A stretch of 63,459 nt of DNA, the filler included, from Dimargaris cristalligena (lineage: Eukaryota), in the NCBI GenBank assembly GCA_003614675.1. It is 25 parts of 25 records of this genome, joined end to end, with 100 filler letters (N's around TTAATTAATTAA, not from the genome) between each part and the next. Parts side by side here need not be neighbours in the genome. Positions count along the whole stretch, not along the records: positions 23,094 to 25,547 come from ML004206.1; positions 25,648 to 28,097 come from ML004207.1; positions 28,198 to 30,638 come from ML004208.1; positions 30,739 to 33,175 come from ML004209.1; positions 33,276 to 35,712 come from ML004210.1; positions 35,813 to 38,248 come from ML004211.1; 19 more parts are not named here. One strand, given 5' to 3'. Below the pieces are notes generated by a model. The model ran no database searches. It was not told where the DNA came from and saw only the letters and a list, made by a program, of their open reading frames with translations. Position numbers and translations under genes: made by a program. This document shows, piece after piece, positions 23,497 to 36,118 of this stretch (the first letter of the stretch is position 1; each line of letters opens with the position of its first letter).

Positions 23497-24462
23497 ATGT
23501 CCCCTCCTGACCCTCCTCCCACTGAAGAAATCATTACTCTCACCAAGAGGGAATACCAAGAACTCTGCAAGATGGCAACAGTTGTCCAAGCCCTTGAGGA
23601 AAAGGTCCATACCCTCTCTCAACCCAACCTCCAGGCCATCCTCCCAGCTTACCCCCATGAACCTAGTATTGCCAACCCTGAATTCTTCGATGGTAATCAC
23701 TCAAAACTACTGACATTTATAGCTCAGGTCAATCTTATTTTTCATATTCAACTAAGCAGATTTGTCTCAGAAACATCCAAAACCTCATATGACGCCTCCT
23801 TCCTTTGTGGCTCTGCTTTTTCCTGGATCCAGCCTTACTTATCAATGGTTGAAACCCCCGAAGTTCTCTTAAACTATGAGTCTTTTGTCCGTGAGTTATC
23901 AATTATATTTGGTGAGCCCAACCAAGTAGCTAGTGCAGAACGGCTCCTTGATAAACTACATCAAACCCATTCTGTATCTGCCTATGCCTCTGAATTCCGA
24001 CGCCTTACTAGTCTTGTCAACTGGAATGATGATGCACTTCGCTTCCAGTTCTATAAAGGACTTAAGAATGATGTCAAGGATGAACTCTCAAGAACCACAT
24101 GTCAATCCTCTCTATCTGATATGATTTGTCTAGCTACCAAGATTGATGAACGTCTTTATGACCATCTTTTGGAAAAACAAAATTCAACTGTCCGTACAAA
24201 CTACCTACCTCAAGCCCCCGCTCCTCCCAGACCACCCCCTCCCCAAGCCATGGAGGTTGATGCTCTCTCCATAGCCCCCCGTGGTCCCCTTTCCTCTGAA
24301 GAAAAACTTAGACACAGAAATTTAAACCTCTGCCTGTATTGTGGAAATTCAGGCCATATTGTGGCTAACTGTCCTGCTCACCCCACCCAATGTCCTGCTA
24401 ATATCTCTGCAATTATCCCTGCTGAGGATGAAGCAAAAAACATCAATACCCAGCACCAATAG
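23497..24462 (+). CDS. Ty3/gypsy (Tf1/sushi/PEG10-like) gag
   Basis: PEFFDG, SAFSW, SVSAYASEFRRL..WNDDAL..FYKGL..VKDEL, AMEVD, LCLYCGNSGHIVANCP. Confidence 0.92.
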   Translation: MSPPDPPPTEEIITLTKREYQELCKMATVVQALEEKVHTLSQPNLQAILPAYPHEPSIANPEFFDGNHSKLLTFIAQVNLIFHIQLSRFVSETSKTSYDASFLCGSAFSWIQPYLSMVETPEVLLNYESFVRELSIIFGEPNQVASAERLLDKLHQTHSVSAYASEFRRLTSLVNWNDDALRFQFYKGLKNDVKDELSRTTCQSSLSDMICLATKIDERLYDHLLEKQNSTVRTNYLPQAPAPPRPPPPQAMEVDALSIAPRGPLSSEEKLRHRNLNLCLYCGNSGHIVANCPAHPTQCPANISAIIPAEDEAKNINTQHQ

Positions 24463-25547
24463 AGAACAGCTGTCTGGTTAGCCGTCAGGATACTCCATCA
24501 CTGGGCAATACTAATGCCATTCCTTTTGGCCACCCCAGTTTCTTTTCAATTCTTGACAAAGGTAGTCCTTCCAATAAATATCCAACACCACAAGAAACTG
24601 AAGAAATTTACAAGTTATCCCCATTGTCCTCACGTCAACAATCCCCCATCCCCTCCCAATAGTCTGCCACCTACCCCACTATAGTCCAAAAGCCCGACCT
24701 TAGCCCTATCCAAGTTCAAAGTTTTAACCCATACCCAGTCCTAGTCCCTAGCCCCGCCTGTTACCCTGCCCTGGTCCCTAGCCCTTACTCTTGTTTGATC
24801 CTACCTTCCCCCCCCCTTACAAACCCCAGTACTTCCCCAGTTATGGATTCTAGTTCTAATTTACCTGACCTAATTTTATCTGCTGTAGGAACAAAACAGC
24901 ATATTGTTTTCTCTGTTTGTATAACCCTGGGTAATACCCCTATTTATGCTGATGCCATGCTGGACTCTGGTGCCAGTGATTCATTTATTGATTCACAATT
25001 TATCTCTACCCATCAAATCCCCCTTGAAGAACTTGCCTCCCCAATTACCCTTACAGTTATTGATGGCTGCTCAATCTCCTCAGGTGCTGTTACTCACCGT
25101 ACTAGCCCCCTCTCCTTAACTATTCTTGATCACCATGAAACCCTCTCCCTATTTGTTACCAATTTGGGTCACTATGATATTGTAATTGGCCTTTCCTGGC
25201 TTCAAAAACACAATCCTAAAGTTAATTGGGAATATGATTCTTTAGTATTTCGGTCCTCATACTGTTTAAACAACTGCCTCAATAATAAGCCTAGTACTAT
25301 AGAATTTGTAGACCAATATAAACTAGCTGATTATATTGATTCTGGCAAAGCTATCTACGCTGGTCACCTTAATACCCTCAATATCTCATCCACAGCCAAA
25401 ATTACTATCCCACCCGAGTACGCCAACTTCAATGACATTTTTAGTAAAGAAAAATCAGAACAACTCCCTGCCCACTGTGCTTATTACCACCATATCCCAC
25501 TTCTCCCTGACACCCAACCTTCCTTTGGCCCAATATACTCCCTGTCC
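24435..25547 (+). pseudogene. pol in -1 frame (protease, start of RT) with in-frame TAG near 24660; cut by contig end
   Basis: AMLDSGASDSFID, YDIVIGLSWLQKHNPKVNW, FSKEKSEQLP, FGPIYSLS. Confidence 0.88.
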
Positions 25548-25647
25548 NNNNNNNNNNNNNNNNNNNNNNNNNNNNNNNNNNNNNNNNNNNNTTAATTAAT
25601 TAANNNNNNNNNNNNNNNNNNNNNNNNNNNNNNNNNNNNNNNNNNNN

Positions 25648-28097
25648 GGACAGGGCGTATATTGGGCCAAAGGAGGGTTGGGTGTCAGGGAGAAGTGGGA
25701 TACGGTGGTCATAAGCACAGTGGGCAGGGAGTTGTTCTGATTTTTCTTTACTAAAAACGTCATTGAAGTTGGCATACTCGGGTGGGATAGTAATTTTGGC
25801 TGTGGATGAGATATTGAGGGTATTAAGGTGACCAGCGTAGATAGCTTTGCCAGAATCAATATAATCAGCTAGTTTATATTGGTCTACAAATTCTATAGTA
25901 CTAGGCTTATTATTGAGGCAGTTGTTTAAACAGTATGAGGACCGAAATACTAAAGAATCATATTCCCAATTAACTTTAGGATTGTGTTTTTGAAGCCAGG
26001 AAAGGCCAATTACAATATCATAGTGACCCAAATTGGTAACAAATAGGGAGAGGGTTTCATGGTGATCAAGAATAGTTAAGGAGAGGGGGCTAGTACGGTG
26101 AGTAACAGCACCTGAGGAGATTGAGCAGCCATCAATAACTGTAAGGGTGATTGGGGAGGTAAGTTCTTCAAGGGGGATTTCGTGGGTAGAGATAAATTAT
26201 GAATCAATAAATGAACCACTGGCACCAGAGTCCAGCATGGTATTAGCATATATAGGGGTATTACCCAGGATTATACAAACAGAGAAAACAATATGTTGTT
26301 TTTTTCCTACAGCAGATAAAATTAGGTCAGGTAAATTAGAACTAGAATCCAAAACTGGGAAAGTACTTGGGTTTACAAGTGGGGGGGAGGGCAGGATAGG
26401 ACAAGAGTCAGGGCTAGGGGTCAGGGTGGGGTAACAGGCGGGGCTAGGGACTAGGGCTGGGTATGGGTTGAAACTTTGAACTTGGATAGGGCTAAGGTCG
26501 GGCCTTTGGACTATAGTGGGGTAGGTGTCAGAGTATTGGGAGAGGATGGGGGATTGGTGATGTGAGGACAATGGGGATAACTTGTAAATTTCTTCAGTTT
26601 CTTGTGGTGTTGGATATTTATTGGAAGGACTACCTTTGTCAAGAATTGAAAAGAAACTGGGGTGGCCAAAAGGAATGGCATTAGTATTACCCAGTGATGG
26701 AGTATCCTGACGGCTACCCAGACAGCTGTCCTCTATTGGCGCTGGGTATTGATGTTTTTTGCTTCATCCTCAGCAGGGATAATTGCAGAGATATTAGCAG
26801 GACATTGGGTAGGGCGAGCAGGACAATTGGCCACAATATGGCCTGAATTTCCACAATACAGGCAGAGGTTTAAATTTCTGCGTCTAAGTTTTTCTTCAGA
26901 GGATAGGGGACCACGGGGGGCTACAGAGAGAGCATCAACCTCCATGGCTTGGGAAGGAGGCGGTCTGGGAGGAGCAAGGGCATGGGGTAGGTAGTTTGGA
27001 CGGACAATTGAATTTCGTTTTTCAAAAAGACAGTCATAAAGACGTTCATCAATCTTGGTAGTCAAACAAATCATATCAGATAGAGAGGATTGACGTGTGG
27101 TTCTTGAGAGTTCATCCTTAACATCATTTTTAAGTCCTTTATAGAATTGGAAGCAAAGTGCATCATCATTCCAGTTGACAAGACTAGTAAGGCGTCGGAA
27201 TTCAGAGGCATAGGCAGATACAGAATGGGTTTGACATAGTTTATCAAGGAGCCATTCTGCACTAGCTACTTGGTCAGGCTCACCAAATACAATTGATAAT
27301 TCATGGACAAAATACCCATAGTTTGAGAGAACTTTGGGGGTTTCAACTATTGATAACTAAGGCTGGATCTAGGAAAAGGCAGAGCCATGAAGGAAGGAGG
27401 CAGCATATGAGGTTTTGGATGTTTCTGAGCTGAATCTGCTTAGTTGAATACAAAAAATGAGATTAACCTGAGCTATAAATGTCAGTAGTTTTGAGTGATT
27501 ACCATCAAAAAATTCAAGGTTGGTAATACTAGGTTCATGGGGGTAAGCTGGGAGGGTGGCCTGGGGGTTGGGTTGGGAGATGGTATGGACCTTTTCCTCA
27601 AGGGCTTGGACAACTGTTGCCATCTTATAGAGTTCTTGGTATTCTCTCTTAGTGAGAGTAATGATTTCTTCAGTGGGGGGAGGGTCAGGAGGGGACATAT
27701 TGGTAGGTGGTCTATAGGAATCAGCTTGCAAACTGTTATGATGGGCTATAAGTAAGACCAGGTACCACAAGATGGACAGGACTTCAAAGGATGGAAAATA
27801 GGTTTATTAGACTAGATATCAAAAAGGGAAAACAAAAGAGGAGTTACAAGCTAAAGAGTAAGCTGTAGGGGAATAGTTAGGGTTATATCCAAACTCAAGG
27901 GGCAGGAGAAGAATGACGACAACTAATAAATACAAATCAATAACTAGGTAATATGGGGAATAAAATAATAGGAATAAAACACAGTAGGATAATGGGTATA
28001 TATTCTGATAATATTAAATATTAATTTTACCCATTTGTTAGTATGGGTTTTTTTACTTATATGGCTGGTTATTCTTGTAGCTCAAATTAACCAGTCA
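25648..28097 (-). mobile_element. Second, more damaged copy of the same gypsy element (LTR 27734-28097, gag 26733-27698 with stops, pol with frameshift)
   Basis: Colinear reverse-complement match to 23099-25547. Confidence 0.92.
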
Positions 28098-28551
28098 NNN
28101 NNNNNNNNNNNNNNNNNNNNNNNNNNNNNNNNNNNNNNNNNTTAATTAATTAANNNNNNNNNNNNNNNNNNNNNNNNNNNNNNNNNNNNNNNNNNNNTAT
28201 TGATTTGTCATGGCATGCAATATTCCTTATGGCCCATGGAATCTGACCATCTGACCATGTGTATCAAGAATGTGCTAGTGGTCTATACCATCATACACAT
28301 GAAAACCAGGGCAGTCCTCCAATACTGAGAATCCTGTGCTAACCTCCTAGGGAATATATAAACTTGTCCCCATTTCCTCTCGATTGTTACAGTATCTGGA
28401 TTGACATCATAGCCATTCCACCCCCCACCTGATTATTTTACCCCCCCTACCATTACTCTTACTATTTGACTGTGCCCATCTTCTACACTTGTGTTAACCC
28501 TACTCGACCACTAACACTTGGTTTAGTTACCGTGGCGCCGCATACTCAACC

Positions 28552-28965
28552 ATGAAGTGTCTTATCTCCCTTTCTCTCGCCATAACTGTTGCTGCCACCG
28601 TGGGGATGGCGGCCGCGATGATATCTGAAACTCCCCGTGCTTTCACACCAATGGCCAAGGGCACGCCCAGCCTGCTTCAAACTAAACCCTCAGCTGGATC
28701 GCACGATTTGTTCAATCGCCGGGAATATCCCAACTACATCCCTGAGCACCGTCGTCGCTCGGCCCGCTCCGACAAACCTAGCGAGACCCTGGTTAAGCGG
28801 GCACCCATGCCAATGCCTATCCCCAAACCATCCGATAGCAGCCCAGCTGATGTAACCTTCGGTGAAGTGCGAATTATCCGACGTAGTAAAATCAATTTCA
28901 AAACTCCTATACAGAATGGGAACTTATCTACCAAGGGTTTTCTATTTACCATTACGACTTTTTAA
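28552..28965 (+). CDS. Secreted peptide precursor-like protein; 3' end possibly spliced
   Basis: Signal peptide MKCLISLSLAITVAATVGMAAA, dibasic sites RR and KR, upstream TATATAAA near 28356. Confidence 0.6.
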   Translation: MKCLISLSLAITVAATVGMAAAMISETPRAFTPMAKGTPSLLQTKPSAGSHDLFNRREYPNYIPEHRRRSARSDKPSETLVKRAPMPMPIPKPSDSSPADVTFGEVRIIRRSKINFKTPIQNGNLSTKGFLFTITTF

Positions 28966-29944
28966 GCAGATGTACTGGTCCACCAATTTATCAAAACACA
29001 CACCTACATGTCCCTAATTAAGTTATTCTATTCTGTTAGTCACTTTCAAAGAGCGCCCGTGTTTCCTTGGTTATTTAATATATATATCAAGTTTCTGTCT
29101 TTGCTGAATCTTACTCCAGGTATACATCGACAATAAATACTGTTTATATCATATTTACTGCACAATGTGTATAGTATACCAGTTCAATACAAGTGAAGCA
29201 TCTTGATTGTTGGGTGAAACACCCCCGCCCCTCCTCTGACTGCACTGGTAGTCTTGGCTGTCTAAACATTGCTGGAATACTTGAATAGTCGGTAAAAGTC
29301 TTGCCCTAATGGGTGTAATAGAATATTATTTGCAACTGTTTAAACTATGAATTGCTGTTTCTTATATACTAGAGCATGTCGAAGTGCTGTTGGTTTCGCT
29401 GTGGTGCCTGATTAGTGGCGATATCGTACTGAGATTAACGCAGACATTGGCCTCTACATTATATATATAAAATACATGTTGACGTATACAAATGGTTGGC
29501 TAATAGGACATTCGACTCAGTCCAGTCCCATTAAACATCTTAAGTGGTGCGGTTTTACTAAAAAGACGGTGTAAAACCTCACCCGAAATTGTCGAATGTA
29601 GAGCTCTAGAAGCCTCGAGAATCTGACTAAGCTGCTCACTAGGCGGACTCGGGTATGGAATCTGCTCTAGGCCCAGTGTATTGGTAAGAAAAATGGTACC
29701 CCGCTTACTAGTCCAGTTCACTTAAATCATTAAATACGGGCATCCCCATTTGGACTGGTGGTGGGCATTTTTGCTTCATGATTTGAAGAAATAGAAAATG
29801 TATAGGGGAGACTGAACCGGGCTATATAATGTAGAATCCGTTTGATGAGGCAAATACTACTAGATAAAAATGAATACCCAGCCTATTTCCAATACATACG
29901 GCTGAACCGAACATCATCCATATTAGCCATAATAACAAGGGTTG

Positions 29945-30088
29945 ATATGGGTGGAATTCAGTGCAGCTGTATAAGGTATTGAATGATGCACGTATGGGGA
30001 AATATGTAGGAGAATCGTTTTTAACCAGTGATTTTTGCCTCATCCAACAGATTTATCGTTATGCAGCCTGGTTGAACTTTTCCCATAT
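29945..30088 (+). mobile_element. 144-bp MITE-like element
   Basis: ATATGGG...CCCATAT ends. Confidence 0.78.
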
Positions 30089-30144
30089 TCTTTAGCACAT
30101 TCCTGTATGCCTTTGGATTAGGATAAAATCCAAAACGAAAGAAA

Positions 30145-30263
30145 AAGTTATGGCACCAACTATTCCCAAGTGGTCACCCACCTCAGTACTAAATTGGCTG
30201 ATACCCACTTAACTTCGCAGATCTAACGGGATACGGTGCTAACGAGCACATATGGCCATAACT
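30145..30263 (-). rRNA. Eukaryotic 5S rRNA gene (dispersed copy)
   Basis: About 119 nt; helix I AGTTATGGC/GCCATAACT; GATCTGCGAAGTTAAG and TTAGTACT..GGTGGGTGACCAC..GGGAA internal boxes; oligo-T after the 3' end. Confidence 0.9.
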
Positions 30264-30417
30264 AAAAAAGTCTAATAGCTGTAGTTTATATGGTTTAGTA
30301 ATGGGAAAAATGGTTCGACTAGTTCATTTGTGTGCTGGGTTGCACTCTATTTCTGGGATTTAGCTGCATTACTCAGTCATGTCGACCTATCAACTGGTTA
30401 CTCACAGTGCTCGCTAC

Positions 30418-30561
30418 ATATGGGTGAAATTCAGCTCGGCTGTATAAGGTTTTAACTGATATGTGTATGGGAAAATCAATGGGATGTTAATTTTCAACCA
30501 GTAGTATTTGCCTTATCAAATGGATTTTTTGTTATACAGCCGTGTTCAACTACTCCCATAT
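30418..30561 (+). mobile_element. 144-bp MITE-like element
   Basis: ATATGGG...CCCATAT ends, subterminal GGCTGTATAA/TTATACAGCC inverted pair. Confidence 0.8.
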
Positions 30562-30738
30562 CATATGTGTACCGCATATTTACTATTCTCAGTGAGAACT
30601 ATGAATGGTGATTACATTGAGTATATAATCCTTCCAAGNNNNNNNNNNNNNNNNNNNNNNNNNNNNNNNNNNNNNNNNNNNNTTAATTAATTAANNNNNN
30701 NNNNNNNNNNNNNNNNNNNNNNNNNNNNNNNNNNNNNN

Positions 30739-30823
30739 GCTTCATACCTTATATATAAATGTAATAATCAAATAGTAATAATTCATACCTGTGGCAATTA
30801 AGGGGACACTCCACCTTACCACA
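30739..30823 (+). repeat. LTR-like 3' terminus (...GGGGACACT.CACCTT.CCACA); second copy at 45949-46060
   Basis: Shared sequence at two contig starts, ending CA. Confidence 0.6.
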
Positions 30824-32270
30824 CCGGCCACTGCAACTTCAGGCCATGTCGACAAGGAGGCCGCTGCTTCCTCGCAAATCCCAAAGGCTGTCAATAATTG
30901 GCCAGATGTCCCGGGTAGTACACAATAGCCCTCCTATTCATGATGAATATTCAGAATAGCGTAGGAGACTTCTACCAGCTTCACTGATTTCTTTTGTCTG
31001 GCATTAAGCCTGAAGTTTTAAAGTTCTTCAATAAAGGAGCCATTACTTGGGGTTTCTTTTACACCTGACAATGCTGTAATCAATACATACAAAGATATTA
31101 TGAATATATCAAATGTTTTATTACAGGGTGCCTGGATTATCACTGCTGATGAGCCTGGCTATGGTATTTGGGGATGGTCATTGTCTGTTAAATGAGACAC
31201 CAACCATCAGACCTTTATCTACCACTTGGTAAAATCTTAGTATTGCATCTTAAATAGTGAATACAGGATTAAACACCATTGGTGAACTACCTGTGATACA
31301 ATCTAAACAGAAACCAACTAATGGACCCCAAACTATAATAAATGGCAACTGTAGTGCCGTGAGAATGTTGGCCAACAGCCTTTACCATCTGGCTATCAAC
31401 TTATCTGCCGATTCTTATGCTGATTTAATGATTATCAAAGAATTACAATACTTATGACTGTTTTTTTTATCAAATACTAGTGATTATAACTGATATGATG
31501 AATTTCATGAGAAATATTCCATGCCTTTTGGGAAGTCAACTCCCGTTTTGTTATTTTATGTTCATGATAACATCCATATGCTATGATGATATTATGATGA
31601 TATTCGAACCCATTAATGATATTTTGAACTATTTATAATGACCAATTTGCGACCTCTGTTCAGGGAGCCCTCTTCCTGCAACAGGAAAACAATACTTTGT
31701 TCATAATTCCTATTCTCTTTATGATTACTATAAAAATAAAATAAAATACTAATAATTACTAAATTTCTTCCCTCGAAATACATCAACACTTAACACTCTC
31801 TCTTCAATGCCGCGCCTCCCCATTTGTTCCTCTGGACCTAGCATTCCACCTTCGTCCAGCCCGGGTACACCACCACCTATGCCCCAGTGTTCTGCACTCG
31901 AGCAAGGTATGCCAGTCCGTAATCCGAATCCTAGCAGTGGATTTGATGATCCCAACGCCAACACACAACTATGTATGGATTCTAATACCAGCTGTATTAC
32001 TATAGTGCTAATGGTAAAGGCAATGGGTACTCTGGTATATTAAGTGAAATGCATTCAGAAGGTTGGAAAGCAGCTTACACTATTTACTTTCTAATGATTA
32101 CTATCTTTAATACCTAAAGAATAGGTATAGTTTACATGCTTATAGATTTATCCAAACCTACACTGGCTATACTAGTTTTGGCACTGGCTCTGGATGAGCT
32201 ATCTAATTGGTGTAATTTTACTCCCTCATCCATAACAGTAAGGTGAAAATTAATATTGCTAGGGGTGGAT

Positions 32271-32855
32271 TGTTACCTGGGTTAACCACTCTTAGCCTGT
32301 TAAGAGTCCTGAGGATAGGCTTCTAATAGTAGGTGGGGCTTAGGCTTAGCCAAGCAGGCCACTAGTATTAGGTACAGGGCACAGCACTAACTAATAAAGG
32401 TGAAGTATAATAATATATAAGGGATGTGCAGTAGGTACCCTTACTAGTTAGTATAAGGGGGAGTGAGTATATATAGAGTTTATTAGGAGTAAACTAAGGG
32501 GGAGAATAAGCTAAGGAATCTAACTGATCCCAATGGGGCTTAGTTATATATATATGGGGACAATTCTAGAGGGAGGTCCTAAGGGAAGGATACTACTAAG
32601 ACTGAGGTATAGGTAAATAGGCCAACCAGATGGCTGCTAGTATCTGGAAGACTCTGATAGTAACTAGAAGAGATTATAGACCAGTACTTGAGTAATTAGT
32701 GCAAAGAGGTGGAGTCCTGAAGAGGAAGGGTTATATAATAAGGGATAATCTTATAGTACTGGGGGTGACTATGGGAAGGTTAATATGGTACTATTAAGCC
32801 TAATATGATCAGATATCTAAGCCAGCCTGATTAAGGTGGATTAGATGGTCTAATA
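32271..32855 (-). repeat. Family A solo LTR, TA-enriched; partial opposite-strand copy at about 32950-33093
   Basis: Colinear with 33982-34567 and largely with 59760-60323. Confidence 0.82.
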
Positions 32856-33981
32856 TTATATATTCTGATTATGTATTTTAATAAACTCATTATTATTCCT
32901 TTGATTTCTATCTGTCATATGGTACCCAGCCTTACTACTAACCTATCATAATACTCTTACAGTTACTATCAGAGTCTTCCTGATACTAGTGACTATCTAG
33001 CTGGCCTATTTACCTATCTATTAGCCTTAATAGTATCCCCCCTTAGGACCTCCCTCTGGAGTCATTCCCATATATATATAATAGGGTGCCATTTGTGGTG
33101 AACTTACCACATTTTTTACCTACTTTTATTTTTTATCTATTTTTCGCACTTATCGGAAGTATGCCCCTGACGAGTNNNNNNNNNNNNNNNNNNNNNNNNN
33201 NNNNNNNNNNNNNNNNNNNTTAATTAATTAANNNNNNNNNNNNNNNNNNNNNNNNNNNNNNNNNNNNNNNNNNNNGGTTTTGGATAATTCAATGGATCAG
33301 TAAGGTTTTTCTTTATCATATGCAGATACCCCATCACTCAGTTATTCCAATATTCTTGAATTAATACCACTGCTTTTAATCCAGGTGTAGACCATGTCTC
33401 CATCAATTGGCCACATTGTAAATGATTTTTGGTTTCTACTCAAACTGGCTAAGCTGAGTTCCCATACTGGCCCTTTTCAGTAATGCATAAGCTTCCAAAT
33501 ATATGGAAGTATAGATATGAATAAGGAACAATAGATGATGGATGATGGTAGTTGCAACTAGATATCCATCAACTATTAAAAGCAGAGAGGTATCAGATGG
33601 TATTGGCTGATAAAGGCACAGGTTGTCCATGTAAGCTCCAATAACATATACATATTGGGGAGCTGCTATGCAAAATGGCCAGTTGGATAATGCTGTAGAT
33701 ACTATATTATTTAGAATGGGGCTAATGTTATGTTGGACCATTTAATTTACCATAATCTGGGTGGCTTAGCATTCAACTATATTAGGTCTTATAGTAACAT
33801 AATAGCTTTCCCATAATTACACATAGTACCATGGGATCATCACTTATTATACAACTACTCTACCACCCAGACTCTATTAGTTTATACTAATCACTCAAGT
33901 GCTGATCTATTCGACTCATCTAGTTACTAATATTACTTCTACTACCACAGCCAGCTCTACATTTAGAATTAGTAAGGAGTT

Positions 33982-34567
33982 TATCACCCAAGTTAATCAC
34001 TCTTAGTCCATCAAGAGTCTCAGGGATAGGCTTTTAATGGTAGGTGGGGCTTCGGCTTAGCCAGGCAGGCTACTAGCATCGGGTATAGGGCACAGTACTA
34101 ACTAGTAAGGGCTTAGGTGATCAGGTATGCAAGGGACATGCAGTGGGCTCACTTACTGGTCAGTATAAGGGGGGCAAGTATATATAAAGTTTATTGAGGT
34201 AAACTAGGGGGTTAGAATAAGCTAAAGCACTAACTGGTCCCAATGGGGCCTGGTTATATATACACAGGGGGGGCAACTCCAGAGGGAGGCCCTGGGGGAA
34301 GGGTATTACTAAGACTAAGGTATAGACAAATGGGCCAACTGGATGGTCATTAGGGCCTGGAAGACTCTGATGGTAACTGAAAGAGTCTTTGGATCAACAC
34401 TTGAGTAATTAGTGTAAAGAGGCAGGGTCCAAAAGGGGAAGGGTTATATAATATAGGATGATCCTATAGTACCAGGGGTGACAATGGGAAGGTTAATATG
34501 GTGCTATAAGGCCCAATAGGGATGGACACTAAGGTGTCTTAATTAAGGAGGATTAGATGGTCCAATA
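33982..34567 (-). repeat. Family A solo LTR; partial copy just upstream at about 33730-33950
   Basis: Colinear with other family A copies. Confidence 0.82.
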
Positions 34568-34729
34568 GCCAACCTCAGTCTTTTTTTTTTCAATGTGGCA
34601 GACATTACCCTCTATACCAACTAAGAGAACCTCTCTTTGGTGAAAGGTCCCCAAAGCCCCCAATTGCAACCCCAAACTAGACATTATAAGTCCAGATCCT
34701 AGTAGTAACACATAATGACCATTAAAATC

Positions 34730-34872
34730 ATATGGGAGATATTAAATCACACCATAAAATAAAATATCTCACAGATAAGGAAAAACCATTGGTTGAAAAT
34801 GAACATCCCGCCTGCTTTACCATATGCATATCATTTAATACCCTATAGAGCAGATCCGAGTTTCATCCATAT
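34730..34872 (-). mobile_element. Diverged MITE-like copy
   Basis: ATATGGG...CCATAT ends, GGTTGAAAAT..ACATCCC core. Confidence 0.6.
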
Positions 34873-36118
34873 CAATTTCGGTCTGCTGATTAGTATTTGA
34901 TGGACTTATGATTTTATCTATACTGCACAAGCTAGTCCAACCTAATAGGGCTGAGGTCCTTCTGTATAGCTTAGCTATATTTTGACTTCTTTTGCCATGG
35001 TGTTCTGCCTGTGGCCAGAGCAGGGGCCAACCCCAGTCACCATCTCAGTCTAGCCTCCCAGGATAATGCCTGTATACCTGGTGCTTTAGCCCTGGACATA
35101 CTAACTCTAGACTGGGGTGGGTTTTAACCACTCACAACCTGATCATTGGCTGCTTATTAACCACCACCACTCCATAGAGGCCTAATGGTCCATCATCAGA
35201 AGTATCATCCCCTAAAGTTCTGTGGCTATGTATCTGCTCCCTTATATATGTCAGAAATACTAAGGGAATGTCAATTAAATTGGGAGAATGGTAAAAAAGC
35301 CACCAAAGGACAGCAGGTTCCTCTAAGTGGTTTGTTTTAATAAAAAGTATAATTGGTTGGGGGCATTAAGTGTTTAAAATAAATGGTCACAGGATAACTA
35401 AAGAAACTAATGTAATTGGTGAGAAACAGGAGGTAATAATAAATTTGTCAGGACATATTCTTAACAAAACTTGCTGAAAAACAAATAACCACAATATCTA
35501 GGGGAGTCAAACTGTACTGAGTGTAGATAGAAATATTGGTGTATCCTTTCAGCTATATAAAGAGAGACAGGAATAGATAAATAGAATACCTCCAATTGCC
35601 TTGAATATTGGTAAAGAAAGGATATATGCAGTGCATATGTTTTGTAAAGAACTGAACTCAAATCCTTGAAAACTGAACTTTATTTGAAAAGATAGGTGAT
35701 AAAAAGGGAAAGNNNNNNNNNNNNNNNNNNNNNNNNNNNNNNNNNNNNNNNNNNNNTTAATTAATTAANNNNNNNNNNNNNNNNNNNNNNNNNNNNNNNN
35801 NNNNNNNNNNNNCCCTGGCATCCTATTGACTACCTTGAGTGGCTTAGAAACCCACAATTCTCAATTTGTGCTATTATGTAACTCTCTATAGCTAGTTCCC
35901 AACTGGTTCATAGCTATGGCTGTTTTACCCTATGGCCTTTTTGCTGTAGGACTCTGTTGCATATTACATGGTGGCTGTCTCCGTAGCACTTTGGCTCTGC
36001 CTTTTGTTTTCATAATCTTTCCCCATTATGGCCCCAATTCAGGAAAGTCAAGTACTGCAGAAATGTAGTGCTTGATCCCATCTAATAAACAACATTAATC
36101 CCCTCTAACCCTCTAACT

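Noticed and set aside
23094-28097. Apparent 5-kb palindrome of two gypsy halves
   Set aside because: The halves are separate contigs joined by the artificial linker; adjacency comes from length sorting
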